Source: a virus
Lineage: Duplodnaviria > Caudoviricetes
Strand: one strand, 5' to 3'
DNA: 60,885 nt
Virus record (IMG/VR): IMGVR_UViG_3300029319_000040
Location: 1-60,885 of that record
Under the pieces are notes generated by a model. That model had not been told where the DNA came from. It saw only the letters and a list, made by a program, of their open reading frames with translations, and ran no database searches. Below, piece by piece: positions 30,401 through 40,211 of this stretch (position 1 is its first letter; every line of letters begins with the position of its first letter). The position numbers were made by a program, and so were the translations under genes.

Positions 30401-33400
30401 GGAGAAAGAAACTTACAACTGGCGGTAACTATTATCTTGTTGGTTGTTCTTTCATCAGTCAAACACATCTAAGTGGTGCGATTATCAATGTGGTTTCTAC
30501 TAGCGACAGTTACAAACATTGTTGGCTTCTTTGGTCGGATATGAGAAATGATGGTAGAGCCGATGCTGATGGTAGCACAAGAAAAACAGAGTTTGGTATT
30601 ATAGAACCTACGGTTGATAATTATAACGTAGAGTTGTTTTTCGTAGACCAAACTGATGAAAACGGAAACCCGGACTCTTTTACAGATTTGAAACTAGGTT
30701 CAGATGTAGATTTATGGGAAGTAGATGCTACAAACGACCCTTCTACTCAAGGTGCTTTTTCTAAACCGTTAGATTTTTCTACAACTACTGCTGTTACAAG
30801 TCTTGGGGATTCTAGTGGTGCTTTAGAATTGACAGTAGGTTCTGGTCATGGTGTTGTGGCGAATGACTATATCTATGTCCTTAACAGTCTGTATCATGAC
30901 AAACTTTACGAGGTCGCTGGCGTATCTTCTACTAAAATAACATTGGGTGCTGCTACTTTTCAGCAAGCAGATTCTATGGGTACTGGTGGTGCTTTCTTCG
31001 TTAAGACGACAGGAAGCGAGGAAGAAGCACTTACTCAATATCATGATTGGGAAGACAAAGCAGGTGCTTTCTTAGTAGTAGATAGTTCTAAGTTCTTCAA
31101 CCTAAATACAATAGTCAATAACGGTAAAAGTGGGCAAAGTGCTGGAGGTAGAACCGACCTTGGGGATTATGTTGCTACTGGTGAAGGTTTCCCGGTTTTG
31201 ATAGATAATTACTGGTCAGAGGCTATGGCTACGTACAAAACAGTAGAAGAACCTTATGGGCAACATCCCAATCAATTTAGACTTACTTCCGATGCTAGTA
31301 CAGCAGATAGTAGTATTTTACAAAATGATAGACACATACGTTTGGCTGCCGGAGATGAGTTTCCTACTGCTGGTTTGGGTCGAGTCATAGCAAGAAAGGG
31401 AAGTGGTCAGAATCAGACTCAAACAATTGGCTACATTACTTGGGATGCTACAAATCAAACAAACTTTACAGGAAGTGTTACAAGTGTTGATAACACCGCG
31501 TCTGCTTTGACTAAAATAACTGATTCTTCTGCTGATTTTACAGAACTTAAGAAAATTGTAGATGCTGGTCATCAACCATTCATTATTAACACGACTCAAA
31601 GTAATGCGTTAGGGATAATTGTCGCTTGTCCCTCTACCACTGTTATTCATGTTGCTACTGTCTCTAGTATGACGGCAGCAACTTATGGCACTTATAGTAA
31701 TATTGCTGGCTTTACCGCCGCTAGTAGTGACGGATATATTATACCCCCACAACTTGTTAATGTTTTTGGCTCTACACTATCTACACAATCTATCACTACC
31801 ACATCTTCTCCTTCTACATTAGAGCAAGCATTGGTGGCCGATAAAATGGCTTTTGGTAGTGAATCTAAAATACACTTCCCAAGTATGGTTATAGGCACAG
31901 GAGATAGTCAGTATGACTCTATAACTGTTCTGAATTCTGTCTCTACACAACATATGACTAGACTTATGATGAGAGTCACAGGGTTTGTAGAATCACCAAA
32001 CATAGGGACTTACTTTGAGAGTGACAAGATGAGAATGTTGTTCAACGCTGGTTTGATGAAGACTTGGCTACCACGTACTAGAATTACTGCCATGCACGAT
32101 ATAGCAAATGTACCTAACACTACAATCATGACCACAGATGGCACTACTACGGCGGCATCGCAAGATTCGTTTGGTTCGGTCTTTGATGCTAGGACTAAGA
32201 CTATTTTTGCGATTGTCAAGGGAACACAAGAGGGTAGTGGAGTAGGTAGAAGTCTAGGCGTAGCACAAACATTCTCATATCTAGTAGGTAGAGATTCAAG
32301 AATAGAATTACGACCTAAGTACAATAGTGGTTATTTGTTTGATAGAAGTAATCTGATAGTCAGTACTATGAAAGCCGACTCTGCCTCCGTAGTGACTAAT
32401 GTGAGAGTGTATTACAACAATGGTAAGGCGTTTGCAGACTTCCCTACACCAACTGTTTCAGATACTACTAGATGGCAAATAGTAGAGCATCCTAGTATCA
32501 TAAATAGTAGAGAAGCGCAATCAATAGCAAAGCATACATTTGAAAAACTAAAGGACAGTAGAATATCTATCACCGCATCTCCAATACTACAAACAAGCAG
32601 TCAACACACAACAGATAAAATGATGACAGGAGGCAGGTTTGGTTACATCGCAGATACCCATAGAGTTCTTGACCATCAAGACTATACTTACTCTTACGAT
32701 TGGGCGCACGTAGCAGCCGGTTTCACTCCCTTCCCCGGCATGGTCAACGCTATGGATGGGAACCTCAAGACTAGCACAGACCTGTATCATCGTTATGGGC
32801 AGTCTGCTCCTTACACCTCTATCACCGCTACTAGCGCATCTGATATAGAATGGACGGACCAATACTATTTCTATGGTGCTAACAGTCTAAACTACGCATT
32901 ACAAATAGTTCATGTGCCGGAAGATATGCCATATATTAGTGAGACAACAGGTAATGAAATGAGGCTGTTTGTAGGTCTTAAACCCGGTCAAAGCGGAACA
33001 GATATAGACAATGCTGAATTTGTTTTACTCATGCAAGACTATACTTTCTCTAACAGCGCAACTACTAATGGCTATACTTCTTCTACTGTCGCATCTTTGA
33101 CTGCATCTGGTGGAAGTGGTCGTATATCTTCTTTGAATGTCAAAAATAGTGGTTTCTATGAGATGTCTATACCAACTTCTTATTCTTCAACTCTAGCGGG
33201 CGCAGGGGCTAAGATAGTAGTTTCTTTCAACGCTGAATATTGTCGCGCACTTCTAAGACATAGATGTGGCGACCCTACACACGCAGATATACTGAAAAAT
33301 GCACACGGTATAACAGGATTCGCTACTAGCGTAATTACTGGTGGTAACGACAACAGTATTTTTCCTCTAGGTGGTAGAAGATACAGTGAGTTCGGTGATT

Positions 33401-34503
33401 TTGCTTACGGCAGAAGTGAATGGTATGCTCCTAGACTTCATATAGTCAATGATATGAGATTTATCCCCGGAACATTCGCAACATACACAGACCAAGGTTT
33501 GAATCTATCTAGCGAAGTCCTAACTATACAAAACGTCAACTGGAGTATAAGTGGTAGAGATACTAGCGATGTTACTTTAACTCTTGAAAGAGATGAATCG
33601 AGAGGTGCTGATAACATAGTCTCTTACATAGCCAGCAACACCATCAACCCTAGAACTGGCACTACTGGCGGCGGCCCACCTAATCCGCTTGCAGGTAGTT
33701 CCGGCTCAACAAACGTATCTGGTATGCCTGATGGTTTCGGCCCGTTACCTAGTGGACCCGCAAACCCATCCGCCTATCTACCGACTGGTGGCACTAAACC
33801 TACCCCCGCAGGTGGATGGAAAGACGGTGGTGGTGCAGGTCTACCGTCTGGTAGCGGTACTAACAATCTAACAGCAGGTGCATATGGTAACATGAAAGGT
33901 AGAATGAATCTCGATTCAGATAATTTTAGTCATCAATCTTCTTTCAACATTTTAGGTCAGAAGAGACAAGGGCCGAAGCCCGGTGCTATGAAAGAGGTAT
34001 CGGCATTCAATAGTTATATGCCAGCCTCCGGTAACGCTACAAAAACAGATGACGGTATGGTGTTACCGGGCGTAGGTCATTCTGATAACACAGGTGATAA
34101 GACTTCATCTATTGAAGGAACTACTATTGTGCCTATCGACGCTTTGAACAACGAAATCAACATAACAGGAAAGGTAACTTGTTCGGGTAGTTTTGGTGCT
34201 GATGGACAAGTATCGGTTTTGACTGTAACTGCATTATGTATAGACACAGACACTACAATAACCAATACTGTAACAATACCAGTAGGTAGTAACAACAGAA
34301 CAGTAGAATTACTACCAACTGCTTTGTTAGACGGTGCGGGTACATACGGTAACAAAATAAAAGTAACTGTAAGTCGCTCTCCCGATGCTGGTAGTGATAC
34401 GGCAGACAATCATTCGGTAATAATACACAACATAGGTGTTTCTTTCAAGAGGTCCGCTTTCTTCTCTCCAAGTCTAGGAAGTGAATTCACTCCGTTTGAA
34501 TAG
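27472..34503 (+). CDS. Very large tail tip / baseplate-receptor-binding protein
   Basis: 2343 aa, beta/Thr/Ser/Gly-rich, directly after tape measure; hub-like LSLTAKD and VVTNVRVYY segments. Confidence 0.7.
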   Translation: MVRSTTLDYQFMLAGYYDDFNGARAIPNDDNDPTLTAAYDSDKTHYGNPMNGEATLNPRYRWALPDRNQVAGQDKVVSATFCYIKSVSPAEWLTYDINRQSPEKWEGRAQLQYPDSHVANKYRFNNSGSDGYLLFCNGHDTTGSYYIPTGDYDSTFGREERQPYTIEYYDDGTSTSESNAGELDTINPSSVTYMQRAHLTGCWMAERNFDFNHFTTPSSDTVETPRLHYMPHRSPSGMPFLCIQTYFKDNANIVVDSEKRPAIAYDGMLNSRQDNDTFGIRFAIQSLSMGNLAQSYVANSPKLTIQIGFPSSITPTGEKGFSENTNTAAIEWEIDLGASTAANNGLGGTYDYHNQITTWDGSTYNPASLWIDLEFQIDYTNNRFTVYKDGTAVKNTSGTDGPFAMNNNGDTGAAFLPSAMKGWQIIVEEGTNAANDNHYTLMIDRVGLYQCMTERADGTVLPPITNMKMSNPVNGTSTLKIDIADDAAMNTSNGQIGFRTQDYSHFLSNIFTGTVADWNLLFFYKGIDRPIWRGPFQGMTVNQTERSRTLSLTAKDALSVMDRQVPLWDLGQLGENTTESSTAYWNKESVDFNSAFYMGATALRTFNSTVGLDKDDSYLVRNDQRTQIYSAHPIQMYNNEDVEFGPNDLQEQYEGFGIVGFSISRPASAGGTTTTKVFLNGASLYTTSSTVSTIRTTSHNCTSKSPSAVSTYTSPEGDTKQVLDFATSDLAFVPLSGVEFIYAGRFCPTGQRMTLSTGVSSYSQYINGKYNLIFDADPGLKAGDVFFVPPATFGHFNSGSTTDDYDQITNKPLKVASTKTIDNTWTVPIPFPNAGTTQTMFSGLDGSPSTLFVVTVTKEYGSSGVEYGTFTTTGGLTGDVKGVICRDFGTISPASGTSIATRAIHSTWMRDLANSLWFKYHFGIIQNTADATGTIQANVTPNATTVQIDATSYGQISQNAGLAQITNTDGTVDTFIWRKKLTTGGNYYLVGCSFISQTHLSGAIINVVSTSDSYKHCWLLWSDMRNDGRADADGSTRKTEFGIIEPTVDNYNVELFFVDQTDENGNPDSFTDLKLGSDVDLWEVDATNDPSTQGAFSKPLDFSTTTAVTSLGDSSGALELTVGSGHGVVANDYIYVLNSLYHDKLYEVAGVSSTKITLGAATFQQADSMGTGGAFFVKTTGSEEEALTQYHDWEDKAGAFLVVDSSKFFNLNTIVNNGKSGQSAGGRTDLGDYVATGEGFPVLIDNYWSEAMATYKTVEEPYGQHPNQFRLTSDASTADSSILQNDRHIRLAAGDEFPTAGLGRVIARKGSGQNQTQTIGYITWDATNQTNFTGSVTSVDNTASALTKITDSSADFTELKKIVDAGHQPFIINTTQSNALGIIVACPSTTVIHVATVSSMTAATYGTYSNIAGFTAASSDGYIIPPQLVNVFGSTLSTQSITTTSSPSTLEQALVADKMAFGSESKIHFPSMVIGTGDSQYDSITVLNSVSTQHMTRLMMRVTGFVESPNIGTYFESDKMRMLFNAGLMKTWLPRTRITAMHDIANVPNTTIMTTDGTTTAASQDSFGSVFDARTKTIFAIVKGTQEGSGVGRSLGVAQTFSYLVGRDSRIELRPKYNSGYLFDRSNLIVSTMKADSASVVTNVRVYYNNGKAFADFPTPTVSDTTRWQIVEHPSIINSREAQSIAKHTFEKLKDSRISITASPILQTSSQHTTDKMMTGGRFGYIADTHRVLDHQDYTYSYDWAHVAAGFTPFPGMVNAMDGNLKTSTDLYHRYGQSAPYTSITATSASDIEWTDQYYFYGANSLNYALQIVHVPEDMPYISETTGNEMRLFVGLKPGQSGTDIDNAEFVLLMQDYTFSNSATTNGYTSSTVASLTASGGSGRISSLNVKNSGFYEMSIPTSYSSTLAGAGAKIVVSFNAEYCRALLRHRCGDPTHADILKNAHGITGFATSVITGGNDNSIFPLGGRRYSEFGDFAYGRSEWYAPRLHIVNDMRFIPGTFATYTDQGLNLSSEVLTIQNVNWSISGRDTSDVTLTLERDESRGADNIVSYIASNTINPRTGTTGGGPPNPLAGSSGSTNVSGMPDGFGPLPSGPANPSAYLPTGGTKPTPAGGWKDGGGAGLPSGSGTNNLTAGAYGNMKGRMNLDSDNFSHQSSFNILGQKRQGPKPGAMKEVSAFNSYMPASGNATKTDDGMVLPGVGHSDNTGDKTSSIEGTTIVPIDALNNEINITGKVTCSGSFGADGQVSVLTVTALCIDTDTTITNTVTIPVGSNNRTVELLPTALLDGAGTYGNKIKVTVSRSPDAGSDTADNHSVIIHNIGVSFKRSAFFSPSLGSEFTPFE

Positions 34504-35206
34504 GCTCTCTTAGTGAGAGGATTCTCTTTGCCTTTTCTCTACCTATACCTTTTACTTCCATGATAGATTTCTGTGATGTTCTCTTGTTGAGTATCTTAGG
34601 TATAGTCCCGAACTTACGAAGAAGTTCTTGAGCCATGTGTGGGGTTATGCCTTGTATCGAAGAGAGTACCTTTACTCGCGGGTCCAAATCAGATGTTTGA
34701 CTAATCCTAACTTCCTCTGGTACTTTTCCTAATCTGTTGCTGATTAGATGATTAGTGTGCATGGTCATAATAAAATCTACAAAGTCGTCCATAGTAAGCA
34801 ACTCCATGAATTTTATGTTGGGGAATCGAGAATAGAACGAAATCTTGAATGCTTTTATCACTGAGCGCATCTTAGCCATTTCTTTCGCCACCAGTTGCGC
34901 CGAGGGTCTACCGCCCGGAACCCAAGGCTTCAATTTAGTACCATAAACTACCAGCATAGGATTCTCAAATGTCTCTTCTAAATCACGAAGTTGAGATACG
35001 ATAGTTCTAGTTCTTCCTATACCCAAGATAGACCTGTACAAGTCGTTTATTTCTTTGGCTTCTATGCCTATATCTCCTATGATATAATCAGCAGAATCTA
35101 ATCTAGCAACCTTGGATATTCCGTCGCTAGATTGGTTCGCATTTCCGCCCCTTATCAGCATCTTGTGGATTAACTTCTCGTTCTCACGGTCATCTATGAG
35201 AATCAT
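34487..35206 (-). CDS. ERCC4/XPF-family endonuclease with HhH domain
   Basis: ILIDDRE, ADY..IGIEAK..DL..SI, C-terminal IQGIT / VKGIGREKA HhH motifs. Confidence 0.9.
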   Translation of the reverse strand: MILIDDRENEKLIHKMLIRGGNANQSSDGISKVARLDSADYIIGDIGIEAKEINDLYRSILGIGRTRTIVSQLRDLEETFENPMLVVYGTKLKPWVPGGRPSAQLVAKEMAKMRSVIKAFKISFYSRFPNIKFMELLTMDDFVDFIMTMHTNHLISNRLGKVPEEVRISQTSDLDPRVKVLSSIQGITPHMAQELLRKFGTIPKILNKRTSQKSIMEVKGIGREKAKRILSLREPIQTE

Positions 35207-35232
35207 AGTTGTTGTTACGATAACTCCCTTTA

Positions 35233-36249
35233 TTAATTAACTCTTCTTAGATTATGCGCCCAACAATCGTGACCATCACAAAGACCGCGAGCAGCGTACC
35301 AACCAGCAGAAGGCGACCTATCGTAAGTCAACAAAGTTCTGATGTGACCTCGACTTACACTAGGATTGAAGTCTCTCCAGTTTAGAGTTTCTATGTAGGT
35401 CAATATTTCATCCTCCATAGATTTCATTTTGTCTGCCGGTACACTAGACGCTGGCGCGAACCAACGTAGGTTTTCGGCCATATGTAGTACTAAGGCTACA
35501 CGAATCTCATGACTAGGGTTGCTAACCTGTATTGCTCTATCTAGGCAGGGAGGAATGGGTACAGTGCTATGTGTACCTACTTCTCCTGAAAAAGTTCCGC
35601 TAGATACCCATTGTTCTGTTTCTGGATTATCGATAGCCCATTTTGTAATCGAGAACGTAGCAGATAAATCATCACCGCGAAACGGGTCCAAGTGGGTGTA
35701 ATCATCCACTGGTCTTGTCGGTATGACAAAATCCATAGGTGATTCTGCAAAACCACGCGCATCTATATTGACTGCCCATCTACCTCTACTAACATTATAG
35801 GTGTCTGGAATCCTAGTCATCTTCTTAGCGAAACCTACACCATCTAATGTCTTTAGGTCATGCGCTTTGCTTCGCTCATATCGATTCAATTTACGGTCCC
35901 AAGAACCTCCAATAACAGGGTCTTTGAATAGTTGGTGTACGTGGAATCCACGACCAGTAGCGACTAATCTTACATCGCCTTCTAAGCGATTTATCAGCGT
36001 TGCTACATCGCGCTTGACATCATCGATACCACCACGCTCTCCCATGTCGAAATCCCACCAAGCGCGGTCTATAACTACACTATCGTAGTCTGGTTTCCAA
36101 GGTCTTTTGGGGTCACGCTCCCTGAAAGAAAACAAAGATGTATAGCAGTTCGCTTTGCCGTTGACTGTATCTACATATGACGAAAATCTATCTAAGGAAG
36201 GACAAATACTACGTCGTAGACCAATCTCGCGGGGAAAAGAAAGTAGCAT
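35233..36249 (-). CDS. Archaeo-eukaryotic primase, PriS fused to PriL-CTD-like domain
   Basis: WWDFD, TGRGFH, RIPDTYN catalytic motifs; C-terminal PPCL..SHEIR and Cys cluster. Confidence 0.88.
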   Translation of the reverse strand: MLLSFPREIGLRRSICPSLDRFSSYVDTVNGKANCYTSLFSFRERDPKRPWKPDYDSVVIDRAWWDFDMGERGGIDDVKRDVATLINRLEGDVRLVATGRGFHVHQLFKDPVIGGSWDRKLNRYERSKAHDLKTLDGVGFAKKMTRIPDTYNVSRGRWAVNIDARGFAESPMDFVIPTRPVDDYTHLDPFRGDDLSATFSITKWAIDNPETEQWVSSGTFSGEVGTHSTVPIPPCLDRAIQVSNPSHEIRVALVLHMAENLRWFAPASSVPADKMKSMEDEILTYIETLNWRDFNPSVSRGHIRTLLTYDRSPSAGWYAARGLCDGHDCWAHNLRRVN

Positions 36250-36252
36250 AAC

Positions 36253-36414
36253 TCAACCAACCACCTGCTCATGCCCACAAGCGCAAACTGCTACAACGAT
36301 AGGAGTTCTTTCGCCACCTTCCTCGCTAGTTACACTCCATAGAGTCATCTCATCTACCCACTCGCATTCGCCGCTACCGTCGTCGTTTGCACATACTGTT
36401 ACTTCTTTACTCAT
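36253..36414 (-). CDS. Small Cys-containing protein, 53 aa, not in ORF track
   Basis: MSKEVTVCANDDGSGECEW...VCACGHEQVVG*; ATGA overlap. Confidence 0.65.
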   Translation of the reverse strand: MSKEVTVCANDDGSGECEWVDEMTLWSVTSEEGGERTPIVVAVCACGHEQVVG

Positions 36415-37262
36415 GTTATCACATCTGGTTCTAATCCGCTAAGAATCCCATCGCACGACATGGAAAAATCACACCATTCGGGGCAAAAATAATCATTCCA
36501 CTTCATCGGCCATTGATGGGAAACTAGAGACTCTATGGTGTCGTTTAAGGATTGGGGGAATGTATTAAGTGACCTTGTTGGCACTTTTTCCATAACTGCT
36601 ACACCGCAGGTTTCTCCAAGCCAAACCTCTTTACCACGCTTGCCGATTTCATCTAACATACGTTCATCAGTGCAGTCTGGAGCAATATACAAGAAGTGTG
36701 TTATGTTCTCAAACCCTGCTAGAGTCAGCATTCTATGATAGAAAACAAGTTCTTTACGGGTACGACTTAACTTGGAAGGATTCATGTTTCCAGTCTTAAG
36801 TTCTACGATGATGATACCGCCGTCGGGGTGACGTAAAACACCGTCAATCATACCACTCCAAATGATAGGGATAGTACCTTGATTTTCGGTTACGAAATCT
36901 TCATACAGGTATCTCTTCTCTTCTACCTCGACTACATCAAGACTACCAAAAGACGACGCTATACCGTGAATCAACTTAGCCATTTCATCTACCCCGACAT
37001 CTCCAGCAACACCCTCTTTTTCGGCCACTACTGGTATAACATCGGGTCCATCTACTAGGCCCGCTTCCATTACAGAATGTATAGCAGTACCACGAATCGC
37101 AGCCTCGCCAACAGGAGGACTAGGTACACCACTCATGTATCTCCACCAATACTGGCGAGGACACTTTTGGTAGTTCATGAACGAAGATTTGCTTACTCTC
37201 AAGATAGGTAGTTCCCCCACCTTGTAAGAGGATTGTTCTATCTGTTGTGGTGTAGCATCCAT
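36411..37262 (-). CDS. Cas4-like PD-(D/E)xK exonuclease with Fe-S Cys motif
   Basis: SKSS..CPRQY, GTAIH, GMIDG..IVELKTG, C-terminal C...C....C. Confidence 0.88.
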   Translation of the reverse strand: MDATPQQIEQSSYKVGELPILRVSKSSFMNYQKCPRQYWWRYMSGVPSPPVGEAAIRGTAIHSVMEAGLVDGPDVIPVVAEKEGVAGDVGVDEMAKLIHGIASSFGSLDVVEVEEKRYLYEDFVTENQGTIPIIWSGMIDGVLRHPDGGIIIVELKTGNMNPSKLSRTRKELVFYHRMLTLAGFENITHFLYIAPDCTDERMLDEIGKRGKEVWLGETCGVAVMEKVPTRSLNTFPQSLNDTIESLVSHQWPMKWNDYFCPEWCDFSMSCDGILSGLEPDVIT

Positions 37263-37399
37263 CAGATAACCTCCGCACCGAGAATATCTTCTAGGGTGCG
37301 GATAAGCAAGCGTCTAGGTACATCTCCTAGATGTGCGCCCTGTTTTAGACCGGCTATGTACCGTGTCAATCGGTGGGCCATATCATCTGGACTTCTCAT
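37262..37399 (-). CDS. Hypothetical protein, 45 aa, not in ORF track
   Basis: MRSPDDMAHRLTRY...ILGAEVI*; fills the gap with coupled ends. Confidence 0.6.
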   Translation of the reverse strand: MRSPDDMAHRLTRYIAGLKQGAHLGDVPRRLLIRTLEDILGAEVI

Positions 37400-37695
37400 T
37401 CGCTTTCCTCCGCGTAGTCATCAAGAGTAGTTTGGTTTTTGTAAAGTGGTTGTTCACAAGAAGGACAATGTGTTTCTCTTTCTATTCCTTCTATGATTGG
37501 TAGAAGTATTTCTTGATTACAAGATTCACACATTATTTCTTCTGCTTTGTCCACTTCCTTTAGATAAGAAAATAGTATCACATTAAGTCTGTGTATATCC
37601 ATACTAACAGCCTTAGTGAATTGGGTTAAGTACTGTCTCATATCCATAATATCAGACTGTACCTCCCGTATAGTTGGCTTCCGTTGTCGGCTCAT
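37396..37695 (-). CDS. Zn-ribbon protein
   Basis: CESC...CPSC. Confidence 0.8.
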   Translation of the reverse strand: MSRQRKPTIREVQSDIMDMRQYLTQFTKAVSMDIHRLNVILFSYLKEVDKAEEIMCESCNQEILLPIIEGIERETHCPSCEQPLYKNQTTLDDYAEESE

Positions 37696-37727
37696 ATATA
37701 TCCTTCACCTTGTTTGCATATAAACAT

Positions 37728-39944
37728 TTATATCCACTGAGTTTTACTCAATCCGTTCAAAGCGTTGTACAAAGGCTGTACGTCCCACTTCATCACATTG
37801 TAATAAGGTAGAACTTTATCTACTACAAACTTACTTGCCAAAGTCCTAAAACCTACTTTAGTTATACCCTCTATGTCTTTAGGGTCATCAAAGGCTACGT
37901 ATTTACCCTCATCATTAATAGTCACTAAGAAGTATGAACCAGCACCGTAACCTTTACCAAGATGTTCGTTGGCCCACATCGCACCGGCAGAAGGACCGGA
38001 CAACACCTTATACTCCTTAAGTGATTTTTCTAATTTACCCTTCATACACAGTTCCACAATCTCACAACCACCAGACACAATATCATCAATAAGAGATGTT
38101 AGATTTTTAGTTATTGCTACTTCGGGCTGACCTGATAACATAGCATTTAGAGTCTCTTTCATGGCCTCTTTCATGACTGGAGGCATCCTAGATTGTTTTA
38201 ACTCAATACCTTTGACGTACAGACTAGGCTCATGGTATTGCCCATCAGTCCATACGGTGATACCAGCGTATCTATTTTTAGCCATAATAACCATACTGTT
38301 ACACCACTTTTCAAATTCAGTAATGATAGGAAACATCTTTTCATTGATTCTTGATACTGCTTCTAGTCCAGTATCAGGGTCAGGTATCTCACAAAATACG
38401 CTATCAGTATGACCATAGCGAACTGTAAGCCCTTCTTCATTAGCCAACTCCTTCAATCTACCTAAAGTCTGTCTTGATGTGTATGTGATTGCTTGCGCTA
38501 CATCGGGGTGATACAGACCGTATTTAGAATCACCGGCTGCGCCGTACATGGATGCAACTAGAGTTTTACAGGCGAACTGCATAGTGTCCCACTTATCATG
38601 ATTGTCGGGGTCATCTTTCATCATTTTCTTGTAGTGGTTTCTTAGGTCGGTCAACTTATCCATTTGTCGGACAAGTAACCCTTTGTTTCCTTGTCTAAAA
38701 CAAGTACCGTTACCACAATCCTTCCCTTCGGGGTCTAACGTGTCCCAAGATATATTATGTAACTCGGCGTTACTATGATACATGGCCCTAATATCCAAAA
38801 TACCCATATTATGATAAATACCACTCTCAACGTCCATAACTTCTGCTCCAGTGTAGGGTCTGTAATCGAACTGTGGTTTAGTAGGTATTCTCATATCAAA
38901 TTCTTTGTCTACCAAAGAGAGTGATGTAAATAATTTAGTAACAAACGGTGTAGAGCGTAAATCGCATTGAACGATGTGTTGTATAGCACAATAATACTCG
39001 ATAGCGTTTATCAAAGAGTTTAGGCGGGGCAACAATCTTACGTCCTGTACTGCATATTTTAGATATAGAGGAAAGTCACTATAATATGTATCGTGTCCAT
39101 CTTCTAACGCTACCTTAGAGTCTTTCAAACATTCAGTAGCAACATCATCAAGACGATACCCCGAAAGTTTGCCGTTTTTCATCTCCCACAACTTTGAGAA
39201 TGCAATCATAAGGTCTATACAATTCCTCCCTACTATCGGTTGCTCCCAATCGCCAAACTTCCAACGAAAACGACGCATAGGAGACATATTACCCGGATTG
39301 ATACCGAGCGACCTACATCGTTCTGCTATGGTCTTGATGTCTGCCCCGACCACGAACCAACCAGTAATGATGTCGGGGTCACAACGCTTCATATGATTAA
39401 TAAAATGTTCTAACATAGTCTTTTCATCAGAAAAACACATAGCGTGAGTTTCGTAGTGATGGTCGCCTATCTTACTGTATTTACCGGCGTCATAATCTGG
39501 ATGCACGAACCAAACATACTCTCTTTCTGTGTAGGAGTCAAAAACTACTATAATTCTCATTTCGTTGGTGTCCGGCGACCATTCACAATCCATGAACCAA
39601 ATACGATGATTGTAGTTAGGAATAGGGGGCAAACCTTCATTTATTCTATCAGTTAGAACTCTATTTACGAAAGGTATGTTGCCTTCCCAAGTCGGCCCTA
39701 CGTCTTTGATTGCACGTAGTTGGTCTGGATGAGATACTGTTACTTTAGTTAGGTTTTCTTTGTACACGCCTTTGTAGCCAGCCTCTTTACTAACTGCCTC
39801 AACCCATTTCGCAGATTCATCAGTCACAAAGACGTAAGGCCAGTGGTCATTGTCTTTGATAACTTTACGAACATCGTTTTCATCTCTATAACGGATGATT
39901 ACTTCTCGACCTTTACCCTGTTCGACTATCATCGCAACCACCAT
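37728..39944 (-). CDS. polB: Family B DNA polymerase (likely start ATG 39932)
   Basis: Exo I MDCE, Exo III YAVQD, motif A DIRAMYHS, motif B KTLVASMYG, motif C YGHTDS, KNRY, KGIE. Confidence 0.95.
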   Translation of the reverse strand: MVVAMIVEQGKGREVIIRYRDENDVRKVIKDNDHWPYVFVTDESAKWVEAVSKEAGYKGVYKENLTKVTVSHPDQLRAIKDVGPTWEGNIPFVNRVLTDRINEGLPPIPNYNHRIWFMDCEWSPDTNEMRIIVVFDSYTEREYVWFVHPDYDAGKYSKIGDHHYETHAMCFSDEKTMLEHFINHMKRCDPDIITGWFVVGADIKTIAERCRSLGINPGNMSPMRRFRWKFGDWEQPIVGRNCIDLMIAFSKLWEMKNGKLSGYRLDDVATECLKDSKVALEDGHDTYYSDFPLYLKYAVQDVRLLPRLNSLINAIEYYCAIQHIVQCDLRSTPFVTKLFTSLSLVDKEFDMRIPTKPQFDYRPYTGAEVMDVESGIYHNMGILDIRAMYHSNAELHNISWDTLDPEGKDCGNGTCFRQGNKGLLVRQMDKLTDLRNHYKKMMKDDPDNHDKWDTMQFACKTLVASMYGAAGDSKYGLYHPDVAQAITYTSRQTLGRLKELANEEGLTVRYGHTDSVFCEIPDPDTGLEAVSRINEKMFPIITEFEKWCNSMVIMAKNRYAGITVWTDGQYHEPSLYVKGIELKQSRMPPVMKEAMKETLNAMLSGQPEVAITKNLTSLIDDIVSGGCEIVELCMKGKLEKSLKEYKVLSGPSAGAMWANEHLGKGYGAGSYFLVTINDEGKYVAFDDPKDIEGITKVGFRTLASKFVVDKVLPYYNVMKWDVQPLYNALNGLSKTQWI

Positions 39945-40054
39945 TTATCCTTTGTTTCGGTAGGGATATAACTGTTCTTGTAGCACTTGTAACAAAGACG
40001 ATGGATAGGGTGCAAGACCGCCCACCGCTTACATTTTTTACATACACCAGACAT
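39929..40054 (-). CDS. Zn-finger microprotein, 41 aa
   Basis: MSGVCKKC...LCYKC; the longer track ORF (to 40177) runs through the GC-rich intergenic segment. Confidence 0.65.
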   Translation of the reverse strand: MSGVCKKCKRWAVLHPIHRLCYKCYKNSYIPTETKDKWWLR

Positions 40055-40211
40055 AGCAATCACAAAAATTTTTTCCAAAAAATTCGTAGAAACAAGTATA
40101 TAAAGCGGAAACGGCGGGAGCGGAGGATAGACCCCCTGCCCATCCCGCGATGTTCTGCGGGAGAGAATGACCCTCATATACCGTTATTACCGGGCAAACC
40201 GCGAAATGAAC

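Noticed and set aside
33970-33981. GGGCCGAAGCCC hairpin in the large tail gene
   Set aside because: 4-bp stem inside coding sequence (GPKPG); likely chance.
7739-34409. Numerous antisense ORFs within structural genes (e.g. 11506-12093, 17673-18275)
   Set aside because: Shadow frames of long genes; no RBS or motifs.
36411-37262. CRISPR-Cas system suggested by Cas4-like gene and repeated motifs
   Set aside because: No cas1/cas2 and no regularly spaced repeat-spacer array; stand-alone Cas4-like nucleases are common in archaeal viruses.
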